This document shows positions 63,177 through 64,000 of a stretch of DNA of 64,000 nt, one piece after another; positions within the stretch are counted from its first letter, which is position 1, and every line of letters begins with the position of its first letter. The stretch comes from Lingula anatina (taxonomy: Eukaryota > Animalia > Brachiopoda): assembly GCA_051362555.1 (NCBI GenBank), contig JBPQGU010000016.1, positions 434,001 through 498,000 of the forward strand, read 5' to 3'. The translations under genes and the position numbers were made by a program. The notes beneath the pieces were generated by a model that worked only from the letters and a program-made list of their open reading frames with translations, was not told where the DNA came from and ran no database searches.

Positions 63177-63804
63177 TCATAAAGTTTTTGCCCATCTACC
63201 TTTCTCTAAAGAACAATCAAACAACATTAATATCTGCTTTAAAACATTACATTAACTAAGACAAAGCTCATAAAATCTGCTTAAAATCTACATGCGCCTT
63301 TATCAAACTAGCTTGATAGCTTCACTTTGACAATTTACAATCACATGTACCTAAAATAGTCATATCTTAAGTTCTTACCAACAACTTTGCTTTGGTAACT
63401 TGAAAAGGCATGCACTTAAAATGGCAAGTAAATATTTCTGTTAGTGTTTACCTGCTAATTTTGCCTTGACAGCTTGGAATGGCATGTATCTAAAGTGGGC
63501 TGGAAGTGGCTGTAAATCTTCTGGTGACATAATACTGAAGTCTCCATAATCAACAAAATACACAGATACCTTGGATATAAAAAATATATATTGATAAATT
63601 AATGAAAAGAAGTGATAAGACAGACATTCAGAGAGGTGATATAAACTCATTTTTATTGCCATTTACTTAAATGACAATTTTAGTAACATTATTGTTTTAT
63701 ATCAAATATTTATCCCACACCCACAAACAGAGATTCTCAAGATTTAAACTCACAGTTCTAAGCACACATTCTACTTCTTCTGTAAATGATGTCATAATGG
63801 CTAT

Positions 63805-63849
<45 letters not shown>

Positions 63850-64000
63850 GTCCGAATGAGGCTCTCAAGGGTTAATAAAATCCCAAGCTCACCTGTTCTC
63901 CAACCAGTGCTCTCACTTCCACCCTGTACCAGACCCCTTCCAGCACCCCAGCTAACAGGTCCCCTGGTTTGACCTTGTCTATGCTCACTTTTGCATTTGG
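62810..64000 (-). CDS. Tudor-domain protein, last three coding exons (TDRD7-like C-terminus); the gene continues beyond the window
   Basis: Exons 64000-63893 (PNAKVSIDKVKPGDLLAGVLEGVWYRVEVRALVGEQ), 63569-63452 (VSVYFVDYGD...LQPLPAHFRYMPFQAVKAKLA) and 63018-62810 (GVQPLGGRDWSKAAKDRF...LIDTSQEGVDLTIDSVLVEEGLVERK*). The GT-AG introns join in frame, and the extended Tudor motifs WYR, FVDYG and PFQA are present. Confidence 0.88.

Overview
AT-rich, intron-containing animal DNA, probably from a marine invertebrate (inferred from the repeat families and gene content; the species cannot be named). The core (about 12.8-57.3 kb) is a cluster of seven paralogs of a type II membrane-anchored FkbM/Methyltransf_21 (Drosophila Star-like) gene. 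Each has two coding exons (about 491 + 439 nt, 309 aa) and a phase-2 intron in the same position. Only copies 2 (+) and 7 (-) have intact reading frames. The other five each carry a different lesion: 5' truncation, a young Mag-like Ty3/Gypsy LTR element, a 7-bp footprint frameshift, a non-autonomous ISL2EU-like transposon, and a nonsense codon. The window ends with the last three coding exons of a Tudor-domain (TDRD7-like) gene on the minus strand. Paralogous DNA provides internal filled-versus-empty site comparisons. These reveal a 20-bp perfect palindrome with 7-bp duplications at two independent sites, recurrent TACATGTA/TAGGGCCTA footprints, several MITEs and a LINE inserted with a target-site deletion. 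The sequence also shows an LTR primer-binding site that copies a whole tRNA T-arm and a Crypton remnant with a long hairpin. All comparisons were made by eye; no database searches were run.
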